From: an uncultured Pseudolysinimonas sp. | GTDB lineage: Bacteria > Actinomycetota > Actinomycetes > Actinomycetales > Microbacteriaceae | Direction: 5' to 3' | Length of the DNA stretch: 64,000 nt | Assembly (NCBI GenBank): GCA_965653335.1 | Contig: CBFGZU010000001.1 | Location: 8,495 to 72,494, forward strand | Shown here: one piece after another, positions 18,913 through 28,741 of the stretch | Position numbering within the stretch: position 1 is the stretch's first letter | How the letters are laid out: each line of letters opens with the position of its first letter | Translations under genes and position numbers: made by a program | Notes under the pieces: model-generated | Database searches by the model: none | What the model was told of the DNA's origin: nothing | What the model saw: the letters and a program-made list of their open reading frames with translations, nothing else

Positions 18913-19899
18913 TCAGCGACTCGTCCAGGCGAGCAGCTCGTCGAGCGACCAGGTCGTCACGATCCGCTCCGCCGGAACGCCCATCCGCTCCGCCCGCTCC
19001 GCGCCGTAGTCGAGCAGCGACAGCTGCCCGGGCGCGTGGGCGTCGGAGTCGATCGAGAACAGGCACCCCGCGTCGAGCGCGAGCGCGATGAGCTCGTCGG
19101 GCGGATCCTGTCGCTCGGGGCGCGAGTTGATCTCCACCGCCACGCGTCGCTCGGCGCATTCCGCGAACACCGCCGCGGCGTCGAACGTCGACCCGGGCCG
19201 GGTTCCCCGCGATCCCTCGACGAGGCGGCCGGTCACGTGCCCGAGCACGTCGGTGTGCGGGTTGCGGATGGCGCCCAGCATCCGCTTCGTCATCTCCTTC
19301 GGGTCGGATCTGAGCTTGCTGTGCACACTCGCGACGACGACATTCAGCTTCCCCAGCATCTCGTCGGTCTGGTCGAGCGTGCCGTCTTCGTGGATGTCGA
19401 CCTCGATGCCTTTCAGCAGCGCGAAGCCGCCGTCGCGGAAGGTCTCGACGACCGCGAGCTGCTCATCGAGCCGCTCCGCCGAGAGCCCGCGCGCGATCGT
19501 CAGTCGCGGCGAATGATCGGTGAGCGCGAGATACTCGTGCCCGAGCCGCCGGGCGGCCGCGACCATGAGATCGATCGACGTCGTGCCGTCGCTCCACTCG
19601 GAGTGGGCGTGCAGGTCACCGCGCAGTTTCGCGCGCAATTCGCTCGGCTTCGGCCCATTGTCGGCACGCAACCGCGCGAGGTAGTCCGGCACGTCGCCGC
19701 CGAGCGCCTGCTGGATGACCTTGAACGTCGAGTCGCCGATGCCCGGCACGGCCTTGAGTCGCACCGGATCGTTGAGGATGCCGGGGTCGAGGTCGGCGAT
19801 CGCGGCACCCGCCGTGCGGAACGCCTTCGACTTGTACCGGGACGCCCGCTCACGTTCGAGCAGGTACGCGATCTCGGTGAGGGCGTCGAGGGGATCCAC
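18913..19899 (-). CDS. PHP-domain protein with PolX-like N-terminal helical domain
   Basis: YKSKAFR, VPGIG (HhH), GDLHAHSEWSDG, TDHS, GIEVDI, EINSRPERQD, DSDAH. Confidence 0.88.
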   Translation of the reverse strand: MDPLDALTEIAYLLERERASRYKSKAFRTAGAAIADLDPGILNDPVRLKAVPGIGDSTFKVIQQALGGDVPDYLARLRADNGPKPSELRAKLRGDLHAHSEWSDGTTSIDLMVAAARRLGHEYLALTDHSPRLTIARGLSAERLDEQLAVVETFRDGGFALLKGIEVDIHEDGTLDQTDEMLGKLNVVVASVHSKLRSDPKEMTKRMLGAIRNPHTDVLGHVTGRLVEGSRGTRPGSTFDAAAVFAECAERRVAVEINSRPERQDPPDELIALALDAGCLFSIDSDAHAPGQLSLLDYGAERAERMGVPAERIVTTWSLDELLAWTSR

Positions 19900-19930
19900 T
19901 CACCAAGTCTGACTCAGCTCCGCGGCTGCG

Positions 19931-20890
19931 TCAGCTGAGGGCCTCGCCGTAGGCGGCGCCGAGCTTCCAGTCGGTCATGATGCGGCCCATCCAGCGCTTG
20001 TTGACGGCCACCCACTCCCCCGCCGGGATGCCGTGGCGCTGCGCCACCTCGTCGGCGGGCGTCGCCGGGTCGTCGCGGATGGCGACGGTCGCGGCGATGA
20101 AAACGTCCCACGACACCGGATCCTCGGCCGCCGGGCCGGCGTTCATGTCGTAGCCCATCATGTTGCCGGTCGTCGCGGCGACCTTCTCCTGCATCCGGTC
20201 GAGCAGCCCCTTCGTGCCGAAGCCGGGGTGCGTGCGGGGCTCCCCCGCGCTCATCGCGGAACCGGATCCCGCCGTGGACTCGATGCCGCCGCCGAGCGGC
20301 GCCACCCCGACCCCCGGCACCGCGACGGCCGCGGCCGGCCAGTCGATGCGGATCTTGCGGGCATCCCGCGGATGCTGCAGCGCCGGCAGGTTCGTGCCGA
20401 CGCCGCCGAGGTGACTCGCGTAGAACGGCGGAGAGTACTTGTCCACGAGCGCCTCGGTGCCGTCGGAGAACCGCACTTTCGCCTGCGCGACGGTCGTGAG
20501 CCCGAGCATCGCCGACCGCGACCCCAGGTCGAGCACCTCCGCGCGGCCGCTCGCCCAGCCACCCCGCGGCGGGCCGTCGACCTTGTCTTCGATCCCGGCG
20601 GCGGGTGGCCGCACCGCCTTCCAGCGCCGCTCCACCGGGGCACCCCAGCGGATGGCGGCGGCTTTGCCCTGCCGATGCACCGTCACCGGCATCCCGAGCC
20701 GCACCTCCTGGAGCGGAGCGAGCCGCTGGCGGATGCCGAGCACCTCACCCCCGGCGTCGACGGCGTACTCCTCGAGCTCGACCGTCGACTCGTCTTCACT
20801 CACCGTGAAGCGCCGGATGCCGACGATCCTGCCGTCGACGGGTGTCCCCTGCTGCCACACCTTCATGAACGACGGTCCGAAGAGGCCCAT
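19931..20890 (-). CDS. Hypothetical protein (319 aa)
   Basis: Protein-like composition from MGLFGPSF; TACGGT 6 nt before ATG 20890; the longer 890-aa ORF call runs antisense through the tRNA and gdh. Confidence 0.7.
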   Translation of the reverse strand: MGLFGPSFMKVWQQGTPVDGRIVGIRRFTVSEDESTVELEEYAVDAGGEVLGIRQRLAPLQEVRLGMPVTVHRQGKAAAIRWGAPVERRWKAVRPPAAGIEDKVDGPPRGGWASGRAEVLDLGSRSAMLGLTTVAQAKVRFSDGTEALVDKYSPPFYASHLGGVGTNLPALQHPRDARKIRIDWPAAAVAVPGVGVAPLGGGIESTAGSGSAMSAGEPRTHPGFGTKGLLDRMQEKVAATTGNMMGYDMNAGPAAEDPVSWDVFIAATVAIRDDPATPADEVAQRHGIPAGEWVAVNKRWMGRIMTDWKLGAAYGEALS

Positions 20891-20952
20891 GCGCTCACCG
20901 TAGTGACCAGGGTCGGTGGTGACAACGCCCGGTTTCGTAGACTGTGTGCTGC

Positions 20953-21034
20953 GCGGGAGTGGTGAAACCGGTAGACACGCAGGATTTAGGTTCCTGTGCC
21001 GAAAGGCGTGTGGGTTCGAGTCCCACCTTCCGCA
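20953..21034 (+). tRNA. tRNA-Leu (anticodon TAG), CCA not encoded
   Basis: Acceptor GCGGGAG/CTTCCGC-A; anticodon stem CAGGA-TTTAGGT-TCCTG; long variable arm GCCGAAAGGC; T-arm GTGGG-TTCGAGT-CCCAC. Confidence 0.97.
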
Positions 21035-21072
21035 CGAACCGCTGGCTCGCCATCGGCGGGGCGGCGGTTCGT
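21034..21072 (+). terminator. Hairpin directly downstream of tRNA-Leu
   Basis: ACGAACCGC..GCGGTTCGT outer stem with inner CGCC-ATC-GGCG; no U tract. Confidence 0.55.
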
Positions 21073-21162
21073 ACCGTAGGTGGGCGAGACTGCGCACCGG
21101 GGTCCCCGCCGCGCCGGTTCCGACGCGGCGCGCAGCGACGTGGCGGCCGTGCCGGTGGGGCG

Positions 21163-21231
21163 GGGTTCGAGTCCCACCTTCCGCACGAACCGCTGGCCCG
21201 CCATCGGCGGGGTTCGAGTCCCACCTTCCGC
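21163..21231 (+). repeat. Two extra copies of the tRNA-Leu 3' end (att-like)
   Basis: GGGTTCGAGTCCCACCTTCCGC at 21012, 21163 and 21210; copy 2 matches 21012-21061 over 50 bp with one mismatch. Confidence 0.92.
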
Positions 21232-21232
21232 C

Positions 21233-21249
21233 TGTCCGCTTCTGGCACA
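21233..21249. promoter_or_regulatory. Island regulon site 1 (upstream of gdh)
   Basis: TGTCCGCTTCTGGCACA; TAGCCT -10 box 22 nt downstream. Confidence 0.6.
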
Positions 21250-21322
21250 GAACGGTCAAGCGAGACCTGGATAGCCTCAGGCGACCCTGCTGCCCGACCG
21301 GTACGTCGAGGAGACGTTGACA

Positions 21323-22627
21323 ATGACATCCGCACCGCTCTCGACCGGGGCGCTTTCGCTTCAGACCGCCGAGCAGTCGGCGGCTGCTCACGGACCGCTT
21401 TCCGCCGCCCGCGAGCAGCTCGCTCACGCCGCCGGCTATCTCGGGCTCGATGACGGCCTGCACACGATGCTCGCGCATCCACGTCGCGAGATGACGGTGA
21501 GCGTGCCGTTGCGCCGCGACGACGGGTCCATCGCGTGCTACGTGGGGCACCGCGTTCAGCACAACCTCTCGCGAGGTCCCGGCAAGGGCGGCGTGCGATT
21601 CAGCCCCGCCGTGGACCTCGATGAGGTGCGCGCCCTCGCGATGTGGATGACGTGGAAGTGCGCACTCGTCGACCTGCCCTACGGGGGAGCAAAAGGCGGG
21701 GTGACGATCGACCCGCGCGAGCATTCGACGATGGAGATGGAGCGCGTGACGCGCCGCTACACGAGCGAACTCGCCGACTTCATCGGCCCCGAACGGGACA
21801 TTCCGGCTCCCGACATCGGAACCGACGAGCAGACGATGGCGTGGATGATGGACACCATCTCGGTGAGCCGCGGACACACCGTTCCTGGCGCCGTGACCGG
21901 CAAGCCGCTTCTCCTCGGCGGCTCCCTCGGGCGGGCCGACTCGACGTCGCTCGGTGTCGCGCAGGTGGCACTCGCCGCCTTGAGCGGCCTCACGATCGAG
22001 AACACCCAGGCGACGGCGGCCGTGCAGGGCTACGGAAAGGTCGGGAAGGGCGCGGCCCGGTTCCTCAGCGAAGCCGGCGTGCGCGTCGTCGCGGTGAGCG
22101 ACCAGTACGGTGCCGTGCTGAACCGGGCCGGACTCGATCTCGACGCACTCGACAGGCACGTCGCCGAGAACCGGACCGTCGTCGGGTTTCCGCTCGCCGA
22201 ACCGCTCGACAATGAGCATCTGCTCCAGCTGGATGTCGATGCCCTGCTTCCGTGCGCGGTCGAGGGGGTCATCACACACGAGAACGCGCACCTCGTCGCG
22301 GCGCGCGCCGTCATCGAGGGTGCCAACGGGCCGACGACACCCGCCGCCGACCGGGTTCTCGCGGAGCGCGGGGTCGTCGTCGTTCCCGACATCCTCGCCA
22401 ACGCGGGCGGCGTGATCGTCAGCTACTTCGAGTGGGTGCAGGCGAACCAGGCCTACTGGTGGTCGGAGACGGATGTTCGCGAGCGGCTCCGGGAGCGGAT
22501 GGCGCTCGCCTGGAATCAGGTCAGCACCGAGGCGACGCGTACCGATCGCACCCTGCGGGACGCCGCGACGACGCTCGCCGTGGGGCGCGTCGCCGAGGCC
22601 CACCGCGTGCGAGGCCTGTACCCCTGA
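21323..22627 (+). CDS. gdhA: Glu/Leu/Phe/Val dehydrogenase (glutamate dehydrogenase)
   Basis: GPGKGGVRF, MTWKCA..LPYGGAKGG, DIPAPD, VTGKP..GGS, QGYGKVG, EGANGP, NAGGVIVSYFEWVQ. Confidence 0.92.
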   Translation: MTSAPLSTGALSLQTAEQSAAAHGPLSAAREQLAHAAGYLGLDDGLHTMLAHPRREMTVSVPLRRDDGSIACYVGHRVQHNLSRGPGKGGVRFSPAVDLDEVRALAMWMTWKCALVDLPYGGAKGGVTIDPREHSTMEMERVTRRYTSELADFIGPERDIPAPDIGTDEQTMAWMMDTISVSRGHTVPGAVTGKPLLLGGSLGRADSTSLGVAQVALAALSGLTIENTQATAAVQGYGKVGKGAARFLSEAGVRVVAVSDQYGAVLNRAGLDLDALDRHVAENRTVVGFPLAEPLDNEHLLQLDVDALLPCAVEGVITHENAHLVAARAVIEGANGPTTPAADRVLAERGVVVVPDILANAGGVIVSYFEWVQANQAYWWSETDVRERLRERMALAWNQVSTEATRTDRTLRDAATTLAVGRVAEAHRVRGLYP

Positions 22628-22636
22628 CCCTGGGGG

Positions 22637-25534
22637 TCAGTCGGAGGTCGGCCGCGCCGGGTCCAGGAGGGTCGCGAGGTGGCTGCTGCCCCGCGATGCG
22701 TCGATCTGACCCACCTGCATCGCACAACTGAAGCCGTCGGTGAGCACCGGGGCGTCCGGTCCGGCCGCCTGGAGCGCGGGGATGATCGAATGCTCGGCGA
22801 CTTTCATCGACACGTCGAAATGCTCGGCCTCGAACCCGAAATTGCCGGCGACGCCGCAGCACGACGACGATTCGATGATGTCGGCGACGCCCCAGCCTTT
22901 CAAGGCGCGGCGCTGGGATTCCGACCCGAAGACGGCGTGCTCGTGACAGTGCGTCTGCACGACCGCCTGCTGCGGCGGGGTCGCGCTCGGCGTCCAGCCG
23001 CGGGTGAGGGCCTCATCGACCGCGACCGCGAACGATCGCACCCGCGCCGCGACCCGGCCCGCCGCGTCTCCGCCGACGAGTTTCGGCCCCTCGTCGCGGA
23101 TGGCGGCGGCGCAGCTCGGCTCGAGCACGACGATCGGCCGGTCGGTTCCGTCGTCGAAACGGGAGATCAGCCGCTTGAGCCGGCGTCGGGCTCCCTCGCG
23201 TTGACCCGTCGAGATCCAGGTCAGCCCGCAGCACGCATCCGGCGTGCATCCGACGGTGTCCCCCGACTCCTGGAGCACCCTCGCCGCCGCGGGAATCACT
23301 TCGGGGCGGAAGGCGCGCGTGAAACTGTCGGCGAAGATGAGGATGTCGGCCTGGTCGGAGAATCGGGCCTCGGCGATGCTACGCCGGGCCGTCCGAGCGG
23401 CGACGAAGGACGGTAATCGGCGCCGGGCGCTGACGCCCAGCCACTCCCCGACGCTGCGGAGCACGCGGTTCCGGGTCGCGACGTTGGTGACCCCCGCGAT
23501 CTTCGTCAGCACGGGTAGCCAGCGCGGCAACCAGCCGATCGAGTAGTGGGTGAATGGCCGGATGCGGCCGCGGTAATGGTCGTCGAGGAGTTCGGATTTC
23601 GCCTCCGCGATGTCGACGCCCGTCGGGCAATCGCTCGAGCAGGCCTTGCACGACAGGCAGAGGTCGAGAGCCTCGCGCACCTCCGGACTCGACCAGCCGT
23701 GCCGGCTGTCGCCGTTCGAGCGGACAAGCTCCTGCAGGATGCGGGCCCGGCCGCGCGTGGAATCCTTCTCGTCCTTCGTCGCGCGATAGCTCGGGCACAT
23801 GAAGCCACCCGACGTGGCGCGGCACCTCCCCACGCCGATGCAGGCGTGCGAGTTGCCGAGGAACGGACTCGACAGCTCCCGATTCGAGAGCGGCAGGTGG
23901 GTGCGGGTCTCGAGCGGCGCCGGGAGACCGTCGAGCGCGAGAGCCTCGGTGAACGGCTCGGGGTCGACGATGATGCCCGGATTCAGGAGGCCCGTCGGGT
24001 CCCACGCGTGTTTGAATGCCCGGAAGAGCGCGATCATCTCGGCCGAGTACATGACGTCGAGCAGTTCGCTCCGCGCCCGGCCGTCGCCGTGCTCCCCCGA
24101 GAGCGAGCCGCCGTGGGCGACGACGAGCGCCGCCGCCTCACGCGTGAACCTCTCGTGGGTCGCGCGCCCCGCTGTGCTGCGCAAGTCGAAGTCGAGTCTC
24201 AGGTGGACGCATCCGGCCCCGAAGTGCCCGTAGACGAACGCGGAGTAGCCGTAGGCGTCGACGAGGGCCATGAGCTTCTCGAGGTAGTCGGCGAGCCGCT
24301 CCGGTGCGACGGCGGAATCCTCCCAGCCGGGCCAGGTCTGAACGCCGTCGAGCCGTCGAGAGGAGAGGCCCGCGCCGTCTTCGCGGACCCGCCAGAGCTT
24401 CGCCCGCAGAGCCGGGTCCGTCACGATCGAATGATCGAGCAGGCGACCGTCGGCCTGGAGCAGCGCGACGAGTCGCTCGCTGTCGGCGCGCGCCGCGTCG
24501 ATGGTGTCGCCCGAGAACTCCACCATGAGGTACGCGTTACCCCGGGGCAGCGCGTCCACGCTCGCGGAGCCGCGGCGGTGCCGCATGATCTCGACGATCG
24601 ACGAGTCGAGACCCTCGATCGCCGACGGACTCGCGGCGAGAATGGTCATCACGTCGCGTGCCGACTCGACGGTGTTCTCATAGCCGAGACACAGCAGAGC
24701 CGTCGTGCGCGGTTTCGGCACGAGTGCGACGCGCGCTCGCACGATGATCGCGCACGTTCCCTCGCTCCCCGCGAGCGCTCGCGCCATATCGAAGCCGTGC
24801 TCGGGCAGCAGCTCCCCGAGGTGGTAGCCGGAGACCTGGCGGGGGATCGTGCGCAGTTCGGTGCGGATCGGCGCGAGGTGGGCCTGCACGAGCGACCTCA
24901 GTTGGGCGCTCAACTCACCGGCCCGCGCGACCGAATGCGGATCATCGTCGATGGCGCGCAGCCCCTCGCGACCCGCTCGCAGGTAGGCACCGTCGGCGGT
25001 AACGAGGTCGGCCTCGATGACGTGGTGCGTCATCCGGCCGTAGGCGACCGAGTGGTTTCCACACGCGTCGTTGCCGATCGACCCGCCGATCGTCGCCCGG
25101 GTGAGCGACGACGGGTCGGGGGCGAAGGTCAGCTCGCCCGCGGAGACCTTCTCGACGTGCGATCGCAGCTCGCCGAGCACGACGCCTGCATCGACCCAGA
25201 GGGTCCGCGACGCTGGGTCGATCTCCCCGACCGCCGTCATCCACCGGGAGACGTCGACGACGAGCCCGGCGCCGACCGCGTTGCCGGCCATCGAGGTGCC
25301 GCCGCCGCGCGTCGTGACCGGGATCCCGGATGCGGCGCAGGCCCGCAGGATGGCGCGCACCTCACCGACGCTCGTCGGAAACGCCACCGCCGCGGGCCGC
25401 ACCCGGTAGTTCGACGCGTCGTACGAATATTCGGAGCGTCGTCGATCCGAAGCGTCAACCTCGATCCCCTGCGTCCGCAGATCAGAGACGAGCGACGCGA
25501 TCCCCGCGAGTTCGCCGACGGCGGTCAGCACCAT
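22637..25534 (-). CDS. FAD-linked oxidase / Fe-S / CCG-domain oxidoreductase (YdiJ/GlcDF-like 2-hydroxyacid dehydrogenase)
   Basis: RGGGTSMAG, GSEGT, GHFGAGCVH, SGEHGDG, CIGVGRC, CLSCKACSSDCP, CCG motifs. Confidence 0.88.
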   Translation of the reverse strand: MVLTAVGELAGIASLVSDLRTQGIEVDASDRRRSEYSYDASNYRVRPAAVAFPTSVGEVRAILRACAASGIPVTTRGGGTSMAGNAVGAGLVVDVSRWMTAVGEIDPASRTLWVDAGVVLGELRSHVEKVSAGELTFAPDPSSLTRATIGGSIGNDACGNHSVAYGRMTHHVIEADLVTADGAYLRAGREGLRAIDDDPHSVARAGELSAQLRSLVQAHLAPIRTELRTIPRQVSGYHLGELLPEHGFDMARALAGSEGTCAIIVRARVALVPKPRTTALLCLGYENTVESARDVMTILAASPSAIEGLDSSIVEIMRHRRGSASVDALPRGNAYLMVEFSGDTIDAARADSERLVALLQADGRLLDHSIVTDPALRAKLWRVREDGAGLSSRRLDGVQTWPGWEDSAVAPERLADYLEKLMALVDAYGYSAFVYGHFGAGCVHLRLDFDLRSTAGRATHERFTREAAALVVAHGGSLSGEHGDGRARSELLDVMYSAEMIALFRAFKHAWDPTGLLNPGIIVDPEPFTEALALDGLPAPLETRTHLPLSNRELSSPFLGNSHACIGVGRCRATSGGFMCPSYRATKDEKDSTRGRARILQELVRSNGDSRHGWSSPEVREALDLCLSCKACSSDCPTGVDIAEAKSELLDDHYRGRIRPFTHYSIGWLPRWLPVLTKIAGVTNVATRNRVLRSVGEWLGVSARRRLPSFVAARTARRSIAEARFSDQADILIFADSFTRAFRPEVIPAAARVLQESGDTVGCTPDACCGLTWISTGQREGARRRLKRLISRFDDGTDRPIVVLEPSCAAAIRDEGPKLVGGDAAGRVAARVRSFAVAVDEALTRGWTPSATPPQQAVVQTHCHEHAVFGSESQRRALKGWGVADIIESSSCCGVAGNFGFEAEHFDVSMKVAEHSIIPALQAAGPDAPVLTDGFSCAMQVGQIDASRGSSHLATLLDPARPTSD

Positions 25535-25569
25535 GTGAAATGTCTCCCCATACCGTCGGTGACTCGAAA

Positions 25570-25603
25570 GCGGGGCGGCTCTCCGTGAGGAGAACCGCCC
25601 CGC
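25570..25603 (-). terminator. Intrinsic terminator-like hairpin after the ABC operon
   Basis: GCGGGGCGG..CTCC-GTGA-GGAG..CCGCCCCGC followed by TTT on the minus strand. Confidence 0.7.
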
Positions 25604-25631
25604 CTGTATTTCGAACGGTCAGACGTGCTGC

Positions 25632-26588
25632 TTACTGGAAGTCGGCAGCGTTGTCGATCGTGATGAGCGTGAACGGCAGCGTGTAGCGGTCGTCCGTCTC
25701 CTCGCCCTTGAGGAAGTTGGTGACAACCTCAACGGCCTTCGCGCCCTGACCGGCGGAGTCCTGACGGACCGTCGCGCTCATGTCACCGGCGATGATCGCT
25801 TCGACAGCCGGCGGGGTGCCATCGACACCCACGATCGCCTTGAACTCGGCCAGACGGCCGGCTTCCTTGATCGCCGACGCGGCGCCGATCGCCATCTCGT
25901 CGTTGTTCGCGACAACGGCGATGATCTGGCCCGCACCGAAGCGCTGGAGGGTGTCCTCCATGTTGCGCTTGCCCTCGGCACGGTCACCCTTGGCCTGGAA
26001 CTCCGCGACGATCTCGAAGTTGTCGTTGATCGTTTCGTTGAAGCCCGACAGACGACGGTCGGTCCACGACGCGCCGTACGCGCCGGCGGCCATCACGATC
26101 GGCCCACCTTCGGGGAGCAGCTCGTTGAGGTACTCGGCCTGCATGACGCCCGCGAGGGTGTCGTCGACGCCGATGTAGCTCTTGTAAGCGACATCCGAGC
26201 CGTCAGCGAACTCGGTCGACAGGATGAACAGCGGGATGTCCGCCTCGATGACGCGGTTGGCCGCGGTCTGGCTCGCCTCGCCGTCGAGCGGCTGCAGGAT
26301 CACCGCGTCGACGTCACGCGTGATGAGGTCCTCGACCGAGTTGAGCTCGGTGGCGACATCCTTCTTCGAGTCGGCGGGGACGAGCGTGACGCCCTGCGCC
26401 TCGGCCTCGTCTTCCATAGCCGAGTACATGATCGCCAGGTCGGGGTCCTGGAGGTCCAGAATCACGACACCGATCTCGAACGCCTCGTCAGTGCCGCCGT
26501 CTTCGGCAGCGGGAGCACAAGCGGTAAGGCCCAGCGCGCCAGCGGCCAGCATCACGGCCGCAGTAGTAATGCCACGTCGCATTCTCAT
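25632..26588 (-). CDS. Sugar ABC transporter substrate-binding lipoprotein (RbsB-like)
   Basis: Lipobox LTAC, VDAVILQP, ANNDEMAIGA, VGVDG, SATVRQD. Confidence 0.92.
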   Translation of the reverse strand: MRMRRGITTAAVMLAAGALGLTACAPAAEDGGTDEAFEIGVVILDLQDPDLAIMYSAMEDEAEAQGVTLVPADSKKDVATELNSVEDLITRDVDAVILQPLDGEASQTAANRVIEADIPLFILSTEFADGSDVAYKSYIGVDDTLAGVMQAEYLNELLPEGGPIVMAAGAYGASWTDRRLSGFNETINDNFEIVAEFQAKGDRAEGKRNMEDTLQRFGAGQIIAVVANNDEMAIGAASAIKEAGRLAEFKAIVGVDGTPPAVEAIIAGDMSATVRQDSAGQGAKAVEVVTNFLKGEETDDRYTLPFTLITIDNAADFQ

Positions 26589-26666
26589 TGGTGGTTCCTT
26601 TCAGTGGTGATTGGTGTGCAAGAGATATTCAGTTATCGGGTGAAGCAAGTGCGGACAGATAAGTCT

Positions 26667-27665
26667 TTAGTCGGTTCGCCACCGGTTGAGCAGGACCGCG
26701 AGCACGAGGATGATGCCCTGCACGCCGAGCTGGAAGTACGACGAGATGCCGAGCAGGTTCATGCCGTTCATGACGACGCCCAGCAGGAGCACACCGACCA
26801 CGGTGCCGCGGATGGTGCCGACGCCACCGAAGAGGCTCGTGCCGCCGATCACGACGGCCGCGATCACCTGGAGTTCGTACCCCGTTCCGGCCACGGGAGC
26901 CGCGCCGTTGAGCCGCGCCGTGAGCACAAGGCCACCGAGGGCCGCCATGACGCCGCCGATGAGGTAGACGCTCAGCAGCACACGGCGCACCGAGATACCG
27001 ACCTTGCGCGCCGACTCCTCGTTGCCGCCGACCGCGTAGACGTGCGATCCGAACTTCGTGCGGCTCAGCACGAAGTCGCACACGATCGCGGCGAGGACGA
27101 AGATGATCACCGGGATCGGCACCGGGCCGAGGAACCCCGAGCCGAGCCACTCGGCGGGTTCGCTCAGGTTGGAGATGACCTGCCCTTGCGTGATGACGAG
27201 CGCCGCGGTGCGGGCGATCGCCATCGTCGCGAGTGTCGCCAGGAAGGGGAGTATCTTGCCCCACACCACCAGCGCGGCGCTGAAGAAGCCGACCAGCAGG
27301 CCGACCGCGAGGCCCGCGATGAGGGGAATCCAGAAGGCACTGCCGCTCGCCGGGGCGAGCATCGCGAAGACGATGCCAGCGACTCCGACGACCGATCCGA
27401 CCGACAGGTCGATTCCGGCGGTGATCATGATGAACGTCATCCCGAGGGCGATGATGCCGATGATCGACGACTGCCGCACGACGTTGACGATGTTGTTCAG
27501 CGTCAGGAAGTTCGGGGCGGCGAGAGCCAGGAAGAGGATGATCAGGGCGAAGAAGACGAGGATGCCGTAGTTGCCGACAAAGTGCTTGATCTTGGCTGAG
27601 CGCGACCCTTCTTTGAGGTTCGCCTTACCCAACAGCACCATGACGTTCTCGGTGTTGAGGCTCAC
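26667..27665 (-). CDS. Sugar ABC transporter permease (RbsC-like)
   Basis: GIDLSVGS, YAVGGNEESA, YELQVIAAVVIGGTSLFGG. Confidence 0.93.
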   Translation of the reverse strand: MSLNTENVMVLLGKANLKEGSRSAKIKHFVGNYGILVFFALIILFLALAAPNFLTLNNIVNVVRQSSIIGIIALGMTFIMITAGIDLSVGSVVGVAGIVFAMLAPASGSAFWIPLIAGLAVGLLVGFFSAALVVWGKILPFLATLATMAIARTAALVITQGQVISNLSEPAEWLGSGFLGPVPIPVIIFVLAAIVCDFVLSRTKFGSHVYAVGGNEESARKVGISVRRVLLSVYLIGGVMAALGGLVLTARLNGAAPVAGTGYELQVIAAVVIGGTSLFGGVGTIRGTVVGVLLLGVVMNGMNLLGISSYFQLGVQGIILVLAVLLNRWRTD

Positions 27666-28552
27666 GATCGGCCCTTCTTCTTCGGGGTGTCGCTCGCCGC
27701 TGCGGGCTCGTCGACGACGGGGATGGACGAGGTGCTTCCGATCTTGCGCTTCTGCCCCGACTCGGTTCCCTCCGCCTCGACATAGTCGTCGAGCGTGCCG
27801 TGGGAGATGAGGTGCGCGACCTGAGTCTCCGTGACCTCGCCCGTGCGGTAGCGCCCGACGACTTCGCCCTGACGCATCACGGCGAACCGGTCGGCGACCG
27901 CGAAGGCCTCATCGAGGCGGTGCGTGATGATGATGACCGCGATGCCGAGGTCTTTGAGGCGCTGGGTCACCTCGATGAGCTTGTCGACCTTGGCCACCGA
28001 GAGGTTGGCCGTGGGCTCGTCCATGATGACGAGTCGCGCATCGAACGCGAGCGCCCGGCCGATCGCCACTGCTTGGCGCTGACCACCGGAGAGCCGCTTG
28101 ACCTTGAGCCGCGGCGGGATCGGGATGTCGAGCCGCGCGAGGACCCGCGCGGTCTCGGCTTCCATCCGCTTGCGGTCGACGATCTTCACGAGAGGACCGA
28201 GGAAGTTCTTCTGCGGCTCCCGGCCGAGGAAGATGTTCGATCGCACGTCGAGGTTGTCGGCGAGCGCGAAGTCCTGGTACACCATCTCGATCCCGCGATC
28301 GCGGGAGGCGGACGGGGTGGGGAACTCGACGCGCTTGCCGTCGATCTCGATCGTGCCGCCGTCGGGCTGGTAGACGCCGGTCAGGACCTTCATGAGGGTG
28401 GACTTGCCGGCGGCGTTGTCGCCGAGCAGAGCGAAGGTCTCTCCGGGCTGGACATCGATCGTCACGCCGCGGAGCGCGACAACCGCTCCGAAGGTCTTGT
28501 GGATGTCAGTGAGGGCCACCAGGGGCGGGGCTGTCGCCGATGTTTCGGTCAT
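27662..28552 (-). CDS. Sugar ABC transporter ATP-binding protein (single domain)
   Basis: GDNAAGKST, LSGGQRQ, IMDEPT; GAGGA RBS before ATG 28552. Confidence 0.92.
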   Translation of the reverse strand: MTETSATAPPLVALTDIHKTFGAVVALRGVTIDVQPGETFALLGDNAAGKSTLMKVLTGVYQPDGGTIEIDGKRVEFPTPSASRDRGIEMVYQDFALADNLDVRSNIFLGREPQKNFLGPLVKIVDRKRMEAETARVLARLDIPIPPRLKVKRLSGGQRQAVAIGRALAFDARLVIMDEPTANLSVAKVDKLIEVTQRLKDLGIAVIIITHRLDEAFAVADRFAVMRQGEVVGRYRTGEVTETQVAHLISHGTLDDYVEAEGTESGQKRKIGSTSSIPVVDEPAAASDTPKKKGRS

Positions 28553-28684
28553 CTCATCCTCGTCGTTGAAATGTGGCCGGTGAGCTTTCCGACGAGACGT
28601 CGTGCCGGCGGCCACGCTGGCATAGGAGACCTAAGTCTCATCGATTCGCTAAGTGAACTCTCCCCCATGACAGACGGATCGACG

Positions 28685-28701
28685 TGTGCCAGTTTGGAAC
28701 A
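28685..28701. promoter_or_regulatory. Island regulon site 2 (upstream of the ABC operon)
   Basis: TGTGCCAGTTTGGAACA. Confidence 0.75.
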
Positions 28702-28741
28702 CGCCGGGCCACGTCGCCGAGAGTCGATGTCCGCCATCCTC

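Noticed and set aside
18913-19899. Pseudogenised DNA polymerase X
   Set aside because: The ORF is intact; the short N-terminal helical domain + PHP architecture without a polymerase core is a common actinobacterial form.
21012-21231. tRNA-end repeats as a mini CRISPR array
   Set aside because: The repeat is the tRNA T-arm/acceptor sequence, spacing is irregular (151 and 47 bp), the second spacer copies the start of the first, and there are no cas genes.
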